Positions 24,791 to 38,395 of a DNA stretch of 64,000 nucleotides are shown here, piece by piece. This DNA is from Cetorhinus maximus (lineage: Eukaryota): positions 93,868,001 to 93,932,000 of the forward strand of contig NC_135891.1 of the NCBI RefSeq assembly GCF_964194155.1, written 5' to 3'. How positions within the stretch are numbered: position 1 is the first letter of the stretch; every line of letters begins with the position of its first letter. Made by a program: the position numbers and the translations under genes. The notes beneath the pieces are model-generated. The model did not search any database. It had not been told where the DNA came from and saw nothing but the letters and a program-made list of their open reading frames with translations.

Positions 24791-25697
24791 CCTTCATTTA
24801 CACAGAAGAGAAAAAATGGTCATACATTAATCAAGTTTGCCAAGGAAATTGTAGCCTAAATTATAGCAACTGCTTCAGCTGTAATGTTGTTATGGCAACA
24901 CGCACTTTCAGCTGTACCTTGCCTTTGGGTGCTTGGTGATGATTTGGGATCTTTCTAGGCTTACTCGTACCATCATAAGACAGCCAATGTTAATGCATGC
25001 CACACCTTTCAGCTTCTAAAAAAGCCTTCCAATGATGTGACTCATTTATCAATAAGCAATGACCTGTGGAATTTTTCCACTAACAGCCATTTGGCTCCTA
25101 CATGCTCATTGACTCATTCTGGCAGGCACTCTGACATTTGCACCACAGCACCTGGGATCTTCAAATTTCCAGTATTTCACCAATGCGTATATGTCAGTGG
25201 GAAATCGAAGATCACAATGAAAGGGAGAGGATTGTCATAATCCCAAATCCTTAACCTATCTTGAAGTCACCCTTCAAAACATTAGACAGGAAATGGTAGA
25301 GCCTATTGGAGAAGGTCATCTAGGAGTACATGTCTCATCTCCTGGCTTGCCCCTGTTTTTGCTGTTTTGTCTTCCTCTCTCAAATCTTTCAAATGCTTCA
25401 GCATTCTGTGAATCACAAGCTGTGCTTGCACCATAGCTTCATGGCACAGCACATCACAATTATTTCAAAGATGTTGCTGATATCATTGTAAGGAATGTTC
25501 CCCTTGTACACTGTAACCCCTCCAGTATGGAAATCTATTGTTTGGAAACACCGGTTTTTTGAAAAAATTTTTTTGACCGGAACTGACTTGGCCCCAAGTA
25601 TTATGGGCTAGCGAGGTTACAGTGCATTTTTGTGTCTCCAAAGAACCACAAGTTGCAAGTTTGGAGGATGCTGTGTCTATCATCTCACATACTCTAT

Positions 25698-26147
25698 GGC
25701 TAGAATTTTCGACTCGGCAAGCGGGGTTGGGGCCCACTTGTCAAGGCATAAAATGGCGCCGGGTGAGGTCGGGCGGGGGTCCCGACATCACTGCGCGTCA
25801 TTTAGATTTTCAGTCCGGCAGGCGCCCAGCCGAGTCAGCTGCGTGCCTGCCGAACTTTCAAAGCCCTATTAAGGCCATTTAGAAACTAATTAAACCAATA
25901 AACTGAGCTACCCGTCCAACCTTCAGGTTGGCAGGCAGGCGAAGAGCCCAGGCGGTCTTTGCATTTTTCATGGAACCTCATCCACGGGCGGGATGAGGTT
26001 TCATGAAGTGTTTATAAATTGAATAAAAATTTTAATAATTCATTGACATATCCCAGCTCATGTGACACTGTCACATGAGGGGACATGTCTTAAAATTTTT
26101 TCTTTTCTTTATTCAGGTTTTTAAAACTTAAACCAATCTCCCTGAGT
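25698..26147. mobile_element. Harbinger-type MITE truncated by a Penelope insertion
   Basis: Left TIR ggctagaattttc. It shares the internal palindromes (aaccttcaggttgg, ggaacctcatcc..ggatgaggtttc) with 18103-18702 in the opposite orientation. Confidence 0.65.
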
Positions 26148-26992
26148 CACCTCACCGTCCAAGGGCCCAAACATTCCTTTCAAGTGAAGCAGCATTTCAC
26201 TTGCACTTCCCTCAATTTAGTCTACTGCATTCGCTGCTCCCAATGTGGTTTCCTCTACATTGGAGAGACCAAACGCAGACTGGGTGACTGCTTTGCAGAA
26301 CACCTTCGGTCTGTCCGCAAGTATGACCCAGACCTCCCTGTCGCTTGCCATTTCAACACTCCACCATGCTCTCATGCCCACATGTCTGTCCTTGGCCTGC
26401 TGCAATGTTCCAGTGAAGCTCAACGCAAACTGGAGGAACAGCACCTCATCTTCCAACTAGGCACTTTACAGCCTTCCAGACTGAATATTGAGTTCAACAA
26501 TTTCAGATCATGAACTCTCTCCTCCATCCTCACCCCCTTTCCGATCCCACTTTTTCCAATAATTTATAATTTTTTTACAACTATATTTTTTTCTTTTCCC
26601 TCCTATTTTTAACTTTATTTCGATCTATTGTTTCATCTCCACCTTTTAGCCCATTTTGATCCCTTCCCCCCACCCCACCCACACTAGGGCCATCTGCCAC
26701 TAGCTTGCTTCCCTTAATGTCCCCATTAGTACATCCTTTAGATAATATCACCACCGTCAACACCCCTTTGTCCTTTTGTCTATGACACCTTCGGCAGTTT
26801 CTTCTTGGCCTCCACCTGTCACTGGCCTCCTATTGAGCTCTCCTGACCCACCCCCTTCTACCAGCTTATATTTCATCTAATTTCTATATGTCTTAGTTCT
26901 GATGAAGGGTCGTATGGACTTGAAACGTCAACTGTATCCCCCTCCGCAGATGCTGTCAGATCTGCTGAGTTTTTCCAGGTATTTTTGTTTTT
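26148..26992 (+). mobile_element. Penelope-like retroelement 3' part (GIY-YIG endonuclease + pLTR)
   Basis: ORF 26184-26513 reads NLVYCIRCSQCGFLYIGETKRRL..R..EH...HF...RKLEEQHLI..LGTLQP.RLN, a Penelope-type GIY-YIG domain. A hammerhead-bearing terminal repeat follows. Confidence 0.92.
26895..26933 (+). ncRNA. Minimal type I hammerhead ribozyme motif (Penelope-associated)
   Basis: AGTT-CTGATGA-AG-GGTC-GTATG-GACT-T-GAAAC-GTC-AACT. Stem I is AGTT/AACT, the CUGANGA and GAAA cores are intact, stem II is present, and there is a palindromic ACGT and a GUC cleavage triplet. Confidence 0.75.
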
Positions 26993-28905
26993 GTGCCAAA
27001 TCATACCTTACAGCCAATCACAGATTCCGCTATCACCATCCTGGCTTTGTCTTGTCCTTCCAGCAGGACAGACACACCAGAGGTGGTGGCACAATGGTAT
27101 ACAGTTGAGAAGGAGCGACCATTGGGAGTTCTCAACATTGATTTGAGACCTCATGAAGTCTCATGCCATCAGGTCAAATATGGGGATGGAAATCTCTTAC
27201 AGCTTACCACCTACTCATGCCTGAATTGATGAATTTATACACCTCCACCTTGAATGAAGCACTGAGGCAAGGACACAGAATATACTCTGGGTGGAGGACT
27301 TCAAAACCCATTGCCAAGAATGGCTCGATAGCACCACTACTGACTGAGCTGGCCAACTCTGAAGGACATAACTATCAGACGAGGCTGCAGGAGGTGGTGA
27401 AAGAGCCAACAAGAGGGAAAAACCTACTTGACCTCGCCTTCGCCAATCCACTTATCACAAATGCATCTGTCCATGACAATATTGCCAAAAGTGACCACTG
27501 CACAGGTGCTGTGGAGACAAAGTCCCATTTTTACACAGAAGACACCCTCCATTGTTTTTGTGTGGCACTAACAACATGTTAAATGATGTTAACAGCAACT
27601 TAAGCCTGGGCACCATGAGGTGCTATGGCCATTAGCAGCAGCAGAATTGCATTCAACCACAAACTGTAGGCTCATGCCTGGCATATCCCACACTGTACCA
27701 TCACCATCAAGCCGGGGGAGCAACACTGATTCAATGAGTAGTGTAGGAGAGCATGCCAGGAGCAGGCACACCTAAAATCGAGATGCCAACCTGGTGAAGC
27801 TACAATCCAGGATTGCATGCAAGCTAACAAGCAGAAGCATTATGCTATAAACCAAAACGATCCCCTAACCAATGAATCAGAACAAAGCTCTGCAGTCCTG
27901 GTGAATGGTGGTGGAGAATTAAGCAACAGGAAGAGGAGGCTCCACGAACATCCTGATCCTTGATGATGAGGGAGATCAGCATGTCAGTGCAAAACACCAG
28001 GCTGAAGCATTGGCAACCACTTTCAGGCAAAAAGTTCGAGTGGATGATCCATCTCAGCCTCTTCTCAGGGCCTCAGCATCTCTAAGACCAGTCTTCAGCC
28101 AATTCCGTTCACTCCATATGATATTAAGAAACAGCTGAAGGCACTGGATACAGCAAAGGCTATGGGACTTGACAACCTCAACCTCCTGCTGTAGTACTTG
28201 TGTTACAGAACTAGCCATGCCCCGAGCCTAGTTATAACAGTACAGCTACAACAGTGGAATCTACCTGACAACATGGAAAACTGCCCAGGTATGTCCTGTT
28301 CATAAAAAGCAAGTTAAATCCAATCTGGCCAATTACCACCCCATCAGTCTACTCTCAGTCATCAGCAACGTGATAAAGGTTGTTTGACATTGCTATCAAG
28401 CGGCATCAACTCCGCAGCAACCTGCTCATTGGTGTTCAGTTAGGTTCCACCATGGCCATTAAGCTCCAGACCTTATTACAATCTTGGCCAAACTTGGACA
28501 AAAATGCTGAATTCCAAATGGTGAGAGTGACTACCCTTGAAATCAAAGCAGCAAGGTAGTGTCCTCAGCTCAACCATCTTCAGCTGCTTCATCACTGCCC
28601 TTCCCCAAAGGGGGTTGAATTTCTTGAATGTTGTTGCAGCTGCAGAGTGCTGTTAGTTTGTGAGTTCCAGGATTTTGACCAAGCGACGATGAAGGAATGG
28701 ATGACTTGGAGAGGTACTTTCAGATTCTGTTGGTTCCATGTGTCTCCTGCCCTTAAGCCTGTAGATGGTAGAGGTTGCGGGCTTGAAACAGCTGTTGAAG
28801 GAACTTTGGAGAGTTGCCACAGTGCATCTTGTGATGCTACACACTGCTGCCAGTGAGTCAACGTTTAAGGCGGTGGATGGGGTGCCAATCAAGTAGGCTG
28901 CTTTG
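26993..28905 (+). mobile_element. CR1/L2-group LINE, 5'-truncated, with an inverted 3' segment (about 28600-28905, minus)
   Basis: APE pieces QQDRHTRGGGTMVYS and EPTRGKNLLDL..SDH are colinear with 5770-7500. After about 28600 the sequence matches the LINE 3' end on the opposite strand (compare 55250-55560). Confidence 0.8.
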
Positions 28906-28984
28906 TGACCTTTTCAACTAAACTGGTGAGACAGGTCTTCTGTTTTCAAAAGCTTTGTTAAGAATCAGTAATACCTGTAAGATG

Positions 28985-29830
28985 AGTTACAAATGGTGAA
29001 ACAGATAAAAACTGGCTATGGCGTAACTATGCATACAACGAGCAAGAGGGGTGGACATCAAGATTGGAGGAGGCATCGGATTGAAGGATCTACGAGAGCC
29101 ACAGGTGCGATAACAAAGTGAAACTTGCAGCAAACTGGGCTGATCAAATCAGTGTTGAGACAAAGGAAGGCATGGTCAGTAGAGTTTGGTTTGCGATGGG
29201 CAACAAAATGATTGAAAGCCAATCAGGTGAGCTGAAATTGGTTTCTGGCCAAATATGGTCGGAGACAGCAGATATGCCGACATCATGGTAAAAATTGGAA
29301 TGCAGCAAGAATTTAAAAGACAGAGCGGGAGAAGATCTGTACTGCAGTCAGGAAGGAGTGACCTGGTCAGTCACTGGAAGATGTGCAAGGAGAAGTCATT
29401 GGCAGATCAACCTCTGAGGGTGAGCTGGAGCTGAAGTATGCAGCAACTGGTAATTACGGTTTTCTGTAACTTGAAAATAAGGCTTAGTAAAGGCACCACC
29501 ACGTGTAAGTGGAAACAACACTCTCCGTGTCTGCCATTCTAAAAGTAGGGGTCCAACCCAAAGTAATCATCCTACATACCTCCTGTACTTTTCAAATGAC
29601 CTCACAGTGATCTCCAATCATTCCTTCAAGCAACTTGCCGATAACTGATGTCCAAATTATGCGCATGTAATTCCCACGTTCTGACTGGCTTCGTTTTAAT
29701 TATAGGCCTCCCTGTAGTCCATGGGAACATTCCTAGACTGCAACGACCTGCTAAATATGTGAGCCAGCAGTTGACAGAACACAGCCCTCATGCTCATAAG
29801 TGCTCTAGGGTGAATACCATCAAGGTCAGC
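28985..29830 (-). mobile_element. Highly decayed LINE RT fragments
   Basis: ORF 29696-29932 contains DGIHPRAL...LAHIFSRSLQS.NVP.D.REA, typical of the region upstream of LINE RT. Weak FQSxF-like remnants at about 29200. Confidence 0.45.
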
Positions 29831-30540
29831 AGCCCAAGTTGTCTTCATAGTCCCAGTCTTAGTAGGGACTAACGTTGCTTCAACTTTGATATAGTCAATT
29901 TGGAGGTCAAATATATCCAGCACTCCAGACACTCATCATTATCGATGAAAGCAGATTCAGAACCTCCCCCTTAACTTGAGACTATACCCAAATATGCCCT
30001 TGCAGAGTGTCTCAAATGCCCTATGTGATCTCTGATCTTTCCCTTATTCCGAACATAACAAAATAGGCCATACCTCTTTTTAATTTGTTCGTGAGATATG
30101 GGCGTTGCTGGAAAGACCTGCACTAAAGCTCATCCTAATCTGCCTTGAGAAAATGGCAACGAGTATAGTGTTACTTCTACATTTATCTATAATCCCTTTC
30201 CCTGTTGCTCTTTTGGCTGATCTTACCACAGATTTTGTTACCCTCAGTTGAGTTTTACACCTGTCCCTTTTCTTTTGAGAGTATTTAATTTTCTTTAATC
30301 TGAATAAATGTTTAATTTGCTTCCAGACTTATCCAGACTTATCATTACATAATTTAGATTTCATTTATTTTCCAACCTCTTATTGATCTGAGGGGATCGC
30401 TCTGGAAGAGGTTTTCAGTAATCTCCTCCAGTTGACATTATACGTGGCCTCTCTCATTCCCACAATTGAGTTCTCCTCAAACATTGCATTACCTGTGGCA
30501 GAAACTTGCTGAATTAACTTAAATTTGATCATATTTGTGT

Positions 30541-31055
30541 CATAGTCATGGAGTCATAGAGGTCTACAGCACAGAAAAAGGCCCTTTGGCCCATCGGCTC
30601 TGCACCGGTCAAACAAGTACCTAGCTATTCTATTACCATTTTCCAGCACTAGGCCCATAGCCTTGTGTGCCATGGCATCGCAAGTGCACATCCAAATACT
30701 TCTCAAATGTTATGAAGGTTTCTGCCTCTACCACCCTTTCAGGCAGTGAGTTCCAGATTCTCACCACCCTCTGGGTGTAAAAATTCTTCCTCACACCCCC
30801 TCTAAACCTCCTGCCCCTTACCTTAAATCTATGCCCCCTGGTTATTGATCCCTCCACCAAGGGGAAAAGTTCCTACCTGTCTACCCTGTCTATGCCCCTC
30901 ATAATTTTATACACCTCAATCATGTCCCCCCTCAATCTCCTCAGCTCGGGGGAAAATAACCTCAGTCTATCCAATCTCTCCTTATAATTAAAACTCTCCA
31001 GCCCAGCAACATCCTGGTAAATCTCCTCTGCACTCTCTCTACTGCAATCACATCC
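30541..31055 (-). mobile_element. CR1 LINE 3' end, relatively young
   Basis: ORF 30633-30860 reads TRGHRFKVRGRRFRGGVRKNFYTQRVVRIWNSLPERVVEAET..FEKYLD. The tail is ggccaaagggcctttttctgtgctgtagacctctatgactc. Confidence 0.92.
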
Positions 31056-31854
31056 TTATTATGATCACTATTGCACAGGTGATCCCCAAATGGAGGTCTG
31101 ATACCTGCCCAGACACATGAATAAGAGTTTCCACCTCATTTTGCTGGGAAATTGATGTTCACTGGGTGTAGTAAAGAGGAAAAGGACAGAGATATGTTAC
31201 ATTAAAATTTCACCCCACCACCCCAGCTGTTGGTTTTCTGCCATAACAAACCCTGTGGCTTCGGTAGATGCAGGGTCAGTTATGCCACATTAATGAATTG
31301 GAGGGCACTTTCCCAGTTCCCCACCACATCTTGCTCTCTGTGTTCCCATTGGGTGCTGAAGCATTAGGGTGCCTGAGAAAACCTGGTGTAAGGGCTTGTG
31401 CCATCACCCCCATGGACTAGAGAGTCTTCAAGACCCGGTGCGTAGGCTGAAGACTTTGCAGGCAATTTAGGAATCTTTTCTAACCTTGTGTCCAGGATAT
31501 AAGATTATAAGATATCTGGGTGTGGTCTCTCTGCAAGATACCTGCATTATATTCCGGGTGATTGAATTACAATCACCTGAACAGGCAGATGGGACTTCAG
31601 TTTAACGTCTCATCTGCACAGCCTACAACAATCTAATACTCCCTCAGCAAAGGATGGAACTGAGCCTTAAAGGTTAGCTTTCCTATATTGAGAGCTAGTA
31701 ACTGAACCGCAAAGATGGAGGGGGCAAGTGGGTGTGGGGGAAGGGAAATTCTGAGAAGTTTTGAGAGATAAATTTGTATAGAACCAAAAGGAACCGTTAA
31801 AGAAATGAAGACAGCAGTTGCTCCTTTTAATGATGTTTTGCATCTTCAATAGTG

Positions 31855-32330
31855 AACTTAGAGAAGAAGAATCAAATTAGCTATAAACTTTCAAGTAGAA
31901 CTTTACGGCCTTGTAGACTCAACGTTGAGTTCAACAATTTCAGGCCATGATCTCTGCCTCCATTTTGTTTCCTTTTTTTTGCATGTTTTGGTGTTAATCT
32001 TGACTTTTTCTTGACTTGCTTTTGGAGAGTGGCTGTTCATTATTCTGCCATTCACACCTCTTCTGTTCACATATTTTGTTTCTTTACTTGTCCCATTACC
32101 CTTCCATTTGGCTCTGCCCCAGCAACTTTTTTGTCATTTAATGTCTCCCATCTTCAGCTCTATCACATATCTTCCTTTATTTTCTTTTTTCACCCTCTCC
32201 CATTTGACATACTTAAAATCTATGACATTTCTAACTTTTCCCAGTTCTGAAAAAAGGCCATCGACCTTTCTCTCTCCAAAGGTGCTGCCAGACCTGCTTA
32301 GTATTTCCAGAATTTTCCATTTTTATATCA
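31855..32330 (+). mobile_element. Old Penelope 3' fragment
   Basis: RTLRPCRLNVEFNNFRP* (31897-31950) parallels GTLQPSRLNIEFNNFRS*. It ends with ctctctccaaaggtgctgccagacctgcttagtatttccag. Confidence 0.7.
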
Positions 32331-33669
32331 AATATAGTTAAATTTGATTCAAGCTGACTGAATAACCAGGTACAATGTGCTAAATTTTTTAACAAAAAGA
32401 CAAAAGAACAGCCTAATTGAAACAAGATGTTACATCACATCTGATATAAGGGGGAAAAGTAAGGTATGAAATCTCCTCTGCCAGTTGGAATAACATCAGT
32501 TAATTTGCTGGCAAAGATTGAAGAGTTCAAATGATAAAAGCAGCAGCTGGGCCAAGGAAAAGAAGCAAAAAAATTTTCAAAAACATCGCAATCGGCTGAT
32601 TTAATACACCAATGCAACAAATCTCACCTAGTGATTATGATTTGTTGCAGGACTTTGTGCACAAGGCAGATGTGCCCAGAGGTGCTGAAACGTAATGTAA
32701 GAGTTAGGATTGGAGGGAAGGGAAGATCTAAGTGAGGCATTGAATTTCCAATCTGTCAAGAGAAACAAAAAGAAAAAAAGCTGTTATCCCTGAGTGAAGC
32801 CGTGAACTCCTGAATGGGTGGAGACAATGCAATGCTGGATTCCTGCTCCCTTGGACTGATACTGCAGTCCACTTTGGAGCATGTGGCTGTTGGATGTTTT
32901 AAATCTGTGACGTTTGCAGAGATGACACTAGTTTCCATGTGTAACAGATTTTATTCAGAGTGCTTTTAAAATACTCCTAGCTCTAGCTTCCAGCAAGTTC
33001 TACAGTTTGTTTTCTTTTCTCTGATTCCACACCCAGGCTTAACCAATCAAGCACAGTGAGCATCAGTAGTAAACAGACTCACATAATCAAATGCAGAACA
33101 CCATTGAACACTGCAGTGGCCACCTCCAGGAATGCTTCAGCCAGGTCCTTAGAACATGAGTTGATGCTACCAAACTTTGCTGCTTTGGTAGAAGCTCGAA
33201 CAGCCACCAGGCAGGCTCTGGGCATCATGTGCAGACTTCTGGAACTCACTCTCTAACCCAGCTCGTCGTTAAACTCTGTGCTGGTGTTTAGAAGTGCTGG
33301 AGTGTGTGACAGTGCCACCTCTGAGAAGTTGTCCTCCCCTGTGGTTTCTTCTTTGGGGAGATTATGCCTGTTTAGAAGAACCTACAGGAAAGAGAAAGGA
33401 CACAATAATGGCTCTGAAAAGCTGAACAGTTAGATAAGCCATGCATCAAGATGCTGATTATTGGTTGAATGCACATTTTTCCATGTTTCATGCAGGGGTG
33501 AAAGCAATAGACAAAGATTTTATTCAGGCAAGCCTTCAGCCACAAAATTACCAAGGGGCTCCACTCTTGCAGGCCCCATTATTTCAAAAACTGTTGCCAG
33601 CTCTGATATGACCATGAGGTTGTCTGATCCTCTCTTGGTGCTACTTTTCTTCCTGGTGTGTGTACCATT

Positions 33670-33792
33670 ATATTACAATATTACATTATAGCAGTGACTA
33701 CACTTCAAAAGTACTTCCTTGGCTATAAAGTCCTTTGGAAATGCTTGAGGTTGTGAAAGGCGTTATAAGAATGAAAAGTCTTTCTTTTCTTT
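33670..33792 (+). mobile_element. Deu-SINE 3' tail fragment
   Basis: cagtgactacacttcaaaagtacttccttggctataaag...gtgaaaggcgttataag...gtctttcttttc. Confidence 0.7.
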
Positions 33793-34315
33793 CTCCTGAA
33801 GAGAGGGAAGGTGAGAGTTAATGATGCCTCCTCAAAAAGACAGTGCACAGTGTGGGTCTTCCAATTGCATTCTCCAATCTGAGAGGGAGAAGAAGCAGGT
33901 TGTAAGCAGCATGGGGAGGGGTTGAGTGCACAGCAAGGCCTTGATACTTACACAAAGTAATGAGGTTGCTGTGAAGTTGAAAATAGCTGAAAAACCCACT
34001 AAGGCTGGGGACGTGAAGGTCCTACTGCACTTTTTTTATTTGTTCATGGGATGTGAACATCGCTGGAAAGGCCAGCATTTATTGCCAATCCTTCATTGCC
34101 CTTGAGAAGATGGTAGTGAGCCACCTTCTTGAGTTAGTGATGCTTGCTACACTGGATCCAGGTCCTGGGAATATTGCACGTCTGGAACGTGTAGCCACTG
34201 CCACCTCCTTCCAAATCATATTTGGAAACTGTGCTTTCACTGCTTAGTGACTGGACCTCCCCCTAGTCCTCTCCAATAGCATCTCCAGGGTGGTTTCTAA
34301 GGATCAGGAAAGGAT

Positions 34316-34372
34316 GGGGCTGTGTGTAAATCATTCTGTGGGTGGGGAAGGGGGCTGTGTGTAAATCATTCT
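34316..34372. repeat. Exact 22-bp direct repeat
   Basis: ggggctgtgtgtaaatcattct at 34316-34337 and 34351-34372. Confidence 0.85.
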
Positions 34373-36253
34373 TTTCGTTCCAGATAGTTTCCAGATAGAA
34401 CCAGTCTGAAGGCAATGCAACATCTCTTTAAGAACTGCATTAAGTTGGCCTCTGGAGGACTGGCTGGAAACTGTGCTAAAAACATGAGCACGTTTCCCAT
34501 TCAGCCACAAGTTGGGTGGGAAACCAACTTGTTAGATTTAAATAAGGCCCAGGTGTTAAAAGTTCCTGGGCTTGACATTTTCCACATTTTGTTCCCTCCT
34601 TGCTTACTGTCTGCTCAAAACCCAGCCAGGATTACAATCGACTCCCTTGCTTCAAACACAGGGCTGTTGAAAGCTGCATGGCTGGACACACCAGAAAGTG
34701 AATTAAGTCTAAAACTCCTTTTGTTGGATCTTTCCAGTCCACTGCTCTCAGCTGAGTTGAGACATATGTTCAAAGAGCAATGTCTGTACAATCAGTCATA
34801 TTCAGTAAATGTTTAGCATTTGATGAAGTAAATAATGAAATAGCCCCTGTAGAGAAATGGCCAGAATCGGGAGGGAGAACATGGAGATGGGAGAGAGGAG
34901 GAGATAGGAGCAGAGATAAGAGTTGAAAGTCTGGATTTTGAATCACTCTTTGCCTAGCTGTTAAGAATGCAATTCCTTCAAGATGAGCTGCCTACAGGTA
35001 TCTGGTTTCTTCACTCACTGGAATTGTGAGCCAACATTGCAACTGAACTGGATGGATTTCATCTTGAAATGATAGATAAGAATCAAAACTGGTACACATG
35101 ACTAAAAGACAACCTGATAAAAGGTTAAAAATGAATTGTGCCAATGCCCTCGAGAATGAGTTTTGGAAGTTTCTGAGCATACAGTCTCCGTGCACGGACT
35201 ATAAACAGAGCTCAGTGACTAATCCTCATTGCTGAGAAGCCAGCTCCACTTTCCTAAATGCTATCTGATGAAACGCTTCAGTGAATTTTAAAAGGACTGT
35301 GGCTGGGGTGACTCAGCCGACTTGGGCCCCTCACTGAGAGCTTTACACAATGCTTGAGCCAACAGAATTAGCACAGAGATGTAAAATACGGTAAAGGGCT
35401 GTGTGTTTACTGTACATAAATGCAGCTTCAAATGCCAAAAAATGTTTAAATTAAAGACACGTCCTGCCACTTATAACATTGGAAAGAGTATCTCATGAAG
35501 AAAATTTCCAACAATGTTAAATATACACAGTGTGGGAATGAATAATCACCTCCCATGTACTGGCGGGATTCACCAGGATGGCTGGGAAAACACCACTTAC
35601 ACAGAGAACATTGCTCAGCACTGTGGGATAATGGGTTATACTGTTGGAAGGGAAGCTTCTATGTGTGGCATACTTTCTGCAGCATTGTTGCGGTCTCATA
35701 TGCTATTGGCAGATATGAAATCTCCATCACTGGCCAAGCATTCACTCATGGTGCATAAAATCTCCAATTTTATATGATCTCATCAGTGACGGTGGCTTCA
35801 CAGGCAGTTGGTGCAGATCAGAAAATCAGGCGCCAGATCTTGTGTGATGGATTTGCGGGATGACTAATTTGCCAACTGACCACTGAGGGGTATATAATAA
35901 GGCTCTGGTACTGGCAAGCCCCAATTCACTTACCTGTGTTAGGCTCTGGCCATAGTGCAAACCTCATCTATATGAAGATACTAGGTCCCAGGGCTTGGCC
36001 TGCTAGGAAGATCCCTTAAAAGTGGATGGAGGTTTCTAAATGAGGCTTCTCTTTGGATTTTTATGTCCATTTATTGCATTCGTTGGTTTTGCTGGGTTAT
36101 TCTGTATTTTTACATTTTTGCTTTTTTTTCTCTGCTAAAACCTTTCTTTCTTATTCTTGGTTGCTGCTGATTTTCAAATCCTGACATACAAAGAGGTGGG
36201 GATGGGTCTTTCAGGGCTTCTGAACATGTTGCAAATGAGGAAGACAAGCACAA

Positions 36254-36431
36254 GGAGGTAGAAATTTTTCCTGGCTGGCAGCGTAACATGGGCATTATCA
36301 AGTCGGCTGGCAGTCACACTCCCTGCCTGAGATTCCATTGACTTCAATAGAACTGAAGATCAAGTGGAGGCCACAATAAGTGGCCAATGGAATATCATCC
36401 ATTTCGCTGCCCAAGACAAATTACTTCCCCC
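36254..36431. mobile_element. Small MITE
   Basis: Imperfect TIRs ggaggtagaaattttt / gacaaattacttccccc and an internal ccattgacttcaatag palindrome. Confidence 0.5.
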
Positions 36432-36611
36432 ATGAGTAGAAATAAATGTAATTTTCCTCCGGCATATCGACCAAACCCATCACTATACTGGAACTGGGAT
36501 AACAGAACCCTTCACATGTGTCTAGGCCTGGTCTTCATTGCCTCTACATTCCAAATCAGACTGTCACAGAGTAGAACCATCTGCTGCACAAAGACTTATG
36601 GACACCATTTC

Positions 36612-37625
36612 ATATTCATTTCTGGGATGTGGGCATTACTGGCAAGGCTGGTATTTATTTCTCATCCCTAATTTCCTTTGAGAAGATGGTGGTGAGCCCC
36701 CTTCTTTAACTTTTGCAGTCCATGTGGTGTAGTTACGCTCACAGTGCTGTTAGGGAGGGAGGTCCAGGATTTGAGCATATGGCAATGAAAAAATGCCCAT
36801 ACAATTCCGCGTTAGGACGCAGTGTGATTTAGAGGGAAATTTGAAATTGGTGGTGTGCCCATCCATCTGCTGCCTTTGTTCTTCTAGGTGATAGAAGTCG
36901 CAGGTTTGGGAGGTGCTGAAGAAGCCTTGGTGAGTAACTGCAGTGCATCTTTGTAGATGGTACTCATTGCTGCCACAGACCACCATGGGGTGTCAGTCAA
37001 GTGGACTGCATTGTCTCCGGATGGTTTTGAGCTTAGTAGGTGTTGTTAGAGCTTCACTTACCCAGGCAAGTAGAGGACATTCCATCACACTCATGACATG
37101 TTCCTTGTAGGTGGTAGAAAAGCTGTGTGGAGTCAGGGGCCAAGTATCACCGCAAAATATCCAGTCTCTGACCTGTTCTTGTAGAGACAGTATTTATGTG
37201 ACTTGTCCAGTTAAGTTTTTTGGTCAATGGTGACCCCCTGCATGTTGATGGTGGGACATTTGGTGATGGTAATGCTGAATGTCAAGAGGAGGTGGTTAGA
37301 TTCTCTCTCTTATTGGATATGGTCTTTACCTGGAATTTGTGTGGTATGAATGTTACTTGCCACTGCTCAGCCCAAGCCTGAATGTTGTCCAAGTCTTGTA
37401 GCATGGACTTCTTCAATATCTGCGGAGTTGTAAACATTGTGCGATCATCAGCAAATATCTGCACTTCTGACCTTATCATAGAGGGAAGATCATTGATGAA
37501 GCAGCAGAAGATGATTGGGCCTAGGACACTACCCTGAGGAACTCCTGAAGTGATGCCCTGTGACTGTGATGGTTGGCTTCCAATAGCCATAACCATCTTC
37601 CTATGTGCTAGGTATAACTCCAGCC
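36612..37625 (-). mobile_element. CR1/L2-group LINE 3' fragment
   Basis: ORF 37282-37722 reads GVPQGSVLGPIIFCCFINDLPSMIRSEVQIFADD. The family 3' tail is at about 36612-36700. Confidence 0.9.
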
Positions 37626-38395
37626 TGTGAAGAGTTTTCTTTTGTGGAAAGGAGGTGCCAGCTTGAGAAAGCAGAGAGAGCCTGAGAGCAAAGCATTGTA
37701 ATTGTTTTTCAATGGGAATCACGTGTTTTCATATCCTATGTGTTTTATGAAGAGTTAAGGCATGCACTCAATACTGCCAGAGCAGTATATAACAGAACTA
37801 CAGAAATGTCATTTTGCACATCAGTGGTTATTATCCAAGAAGCAGTCAGGGTACCTTCATTGTGAAGGCATTCCATGGTGCCTCTATATTCACAGCAGAG
37901 AAAGGCTGAAAACCTGAGTAACCTCAGCTGCTACCTTCACCTGCAAGAAAAGGTCACAATCCAACTTTTCACAATAAAATAATATGAGTGCTTTAAATGT
38001 AACTCCTATAAGGTGGAGTTCTTCCCAATGTATGGTTCGTGCTTGATGGGCCATCACAAAATATGTGAGCAAAAGTGAAGAGCCTTTACCTTTACCTTTT
38101 TACTGATATCACAAATGCCCACATTTTTGGCCAGTTATGAGGGATCTGTTGACAGCACAGAACTTTGTTCAGTAATCTCTCTCCATGTAGCTGGTTATAC
38201 TGGAGAGTAGCCTTTGGTCCCAGAGAGGAACAACCTCTCTTGGTGCAATGTCTTAAACTCTACAGCACCAATGTGTTAGCCACATATCTACACTGTGAAC
38301 AATTAAGTCCATGTTTTTGGCTCCACCATGGCAAGTCTGTTAGATAAACAAGGAAAGAAGCGTACATCTTTCAGCACAAGTGGGAAAGGTAGGAT

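Noticed and set aside
33082-33345. Possible minus-strand exon (cag...gtgagt)
   Set aside because: There are stops in all three frames. It cannot be supported as coding, and a non-coding exon cannot be shown without RNA data.
34415-34816. 133-aa ORF in unique sequence
   Set aside because: No recognisable domain or splice context. The length is compatible with chance in 64 kb.
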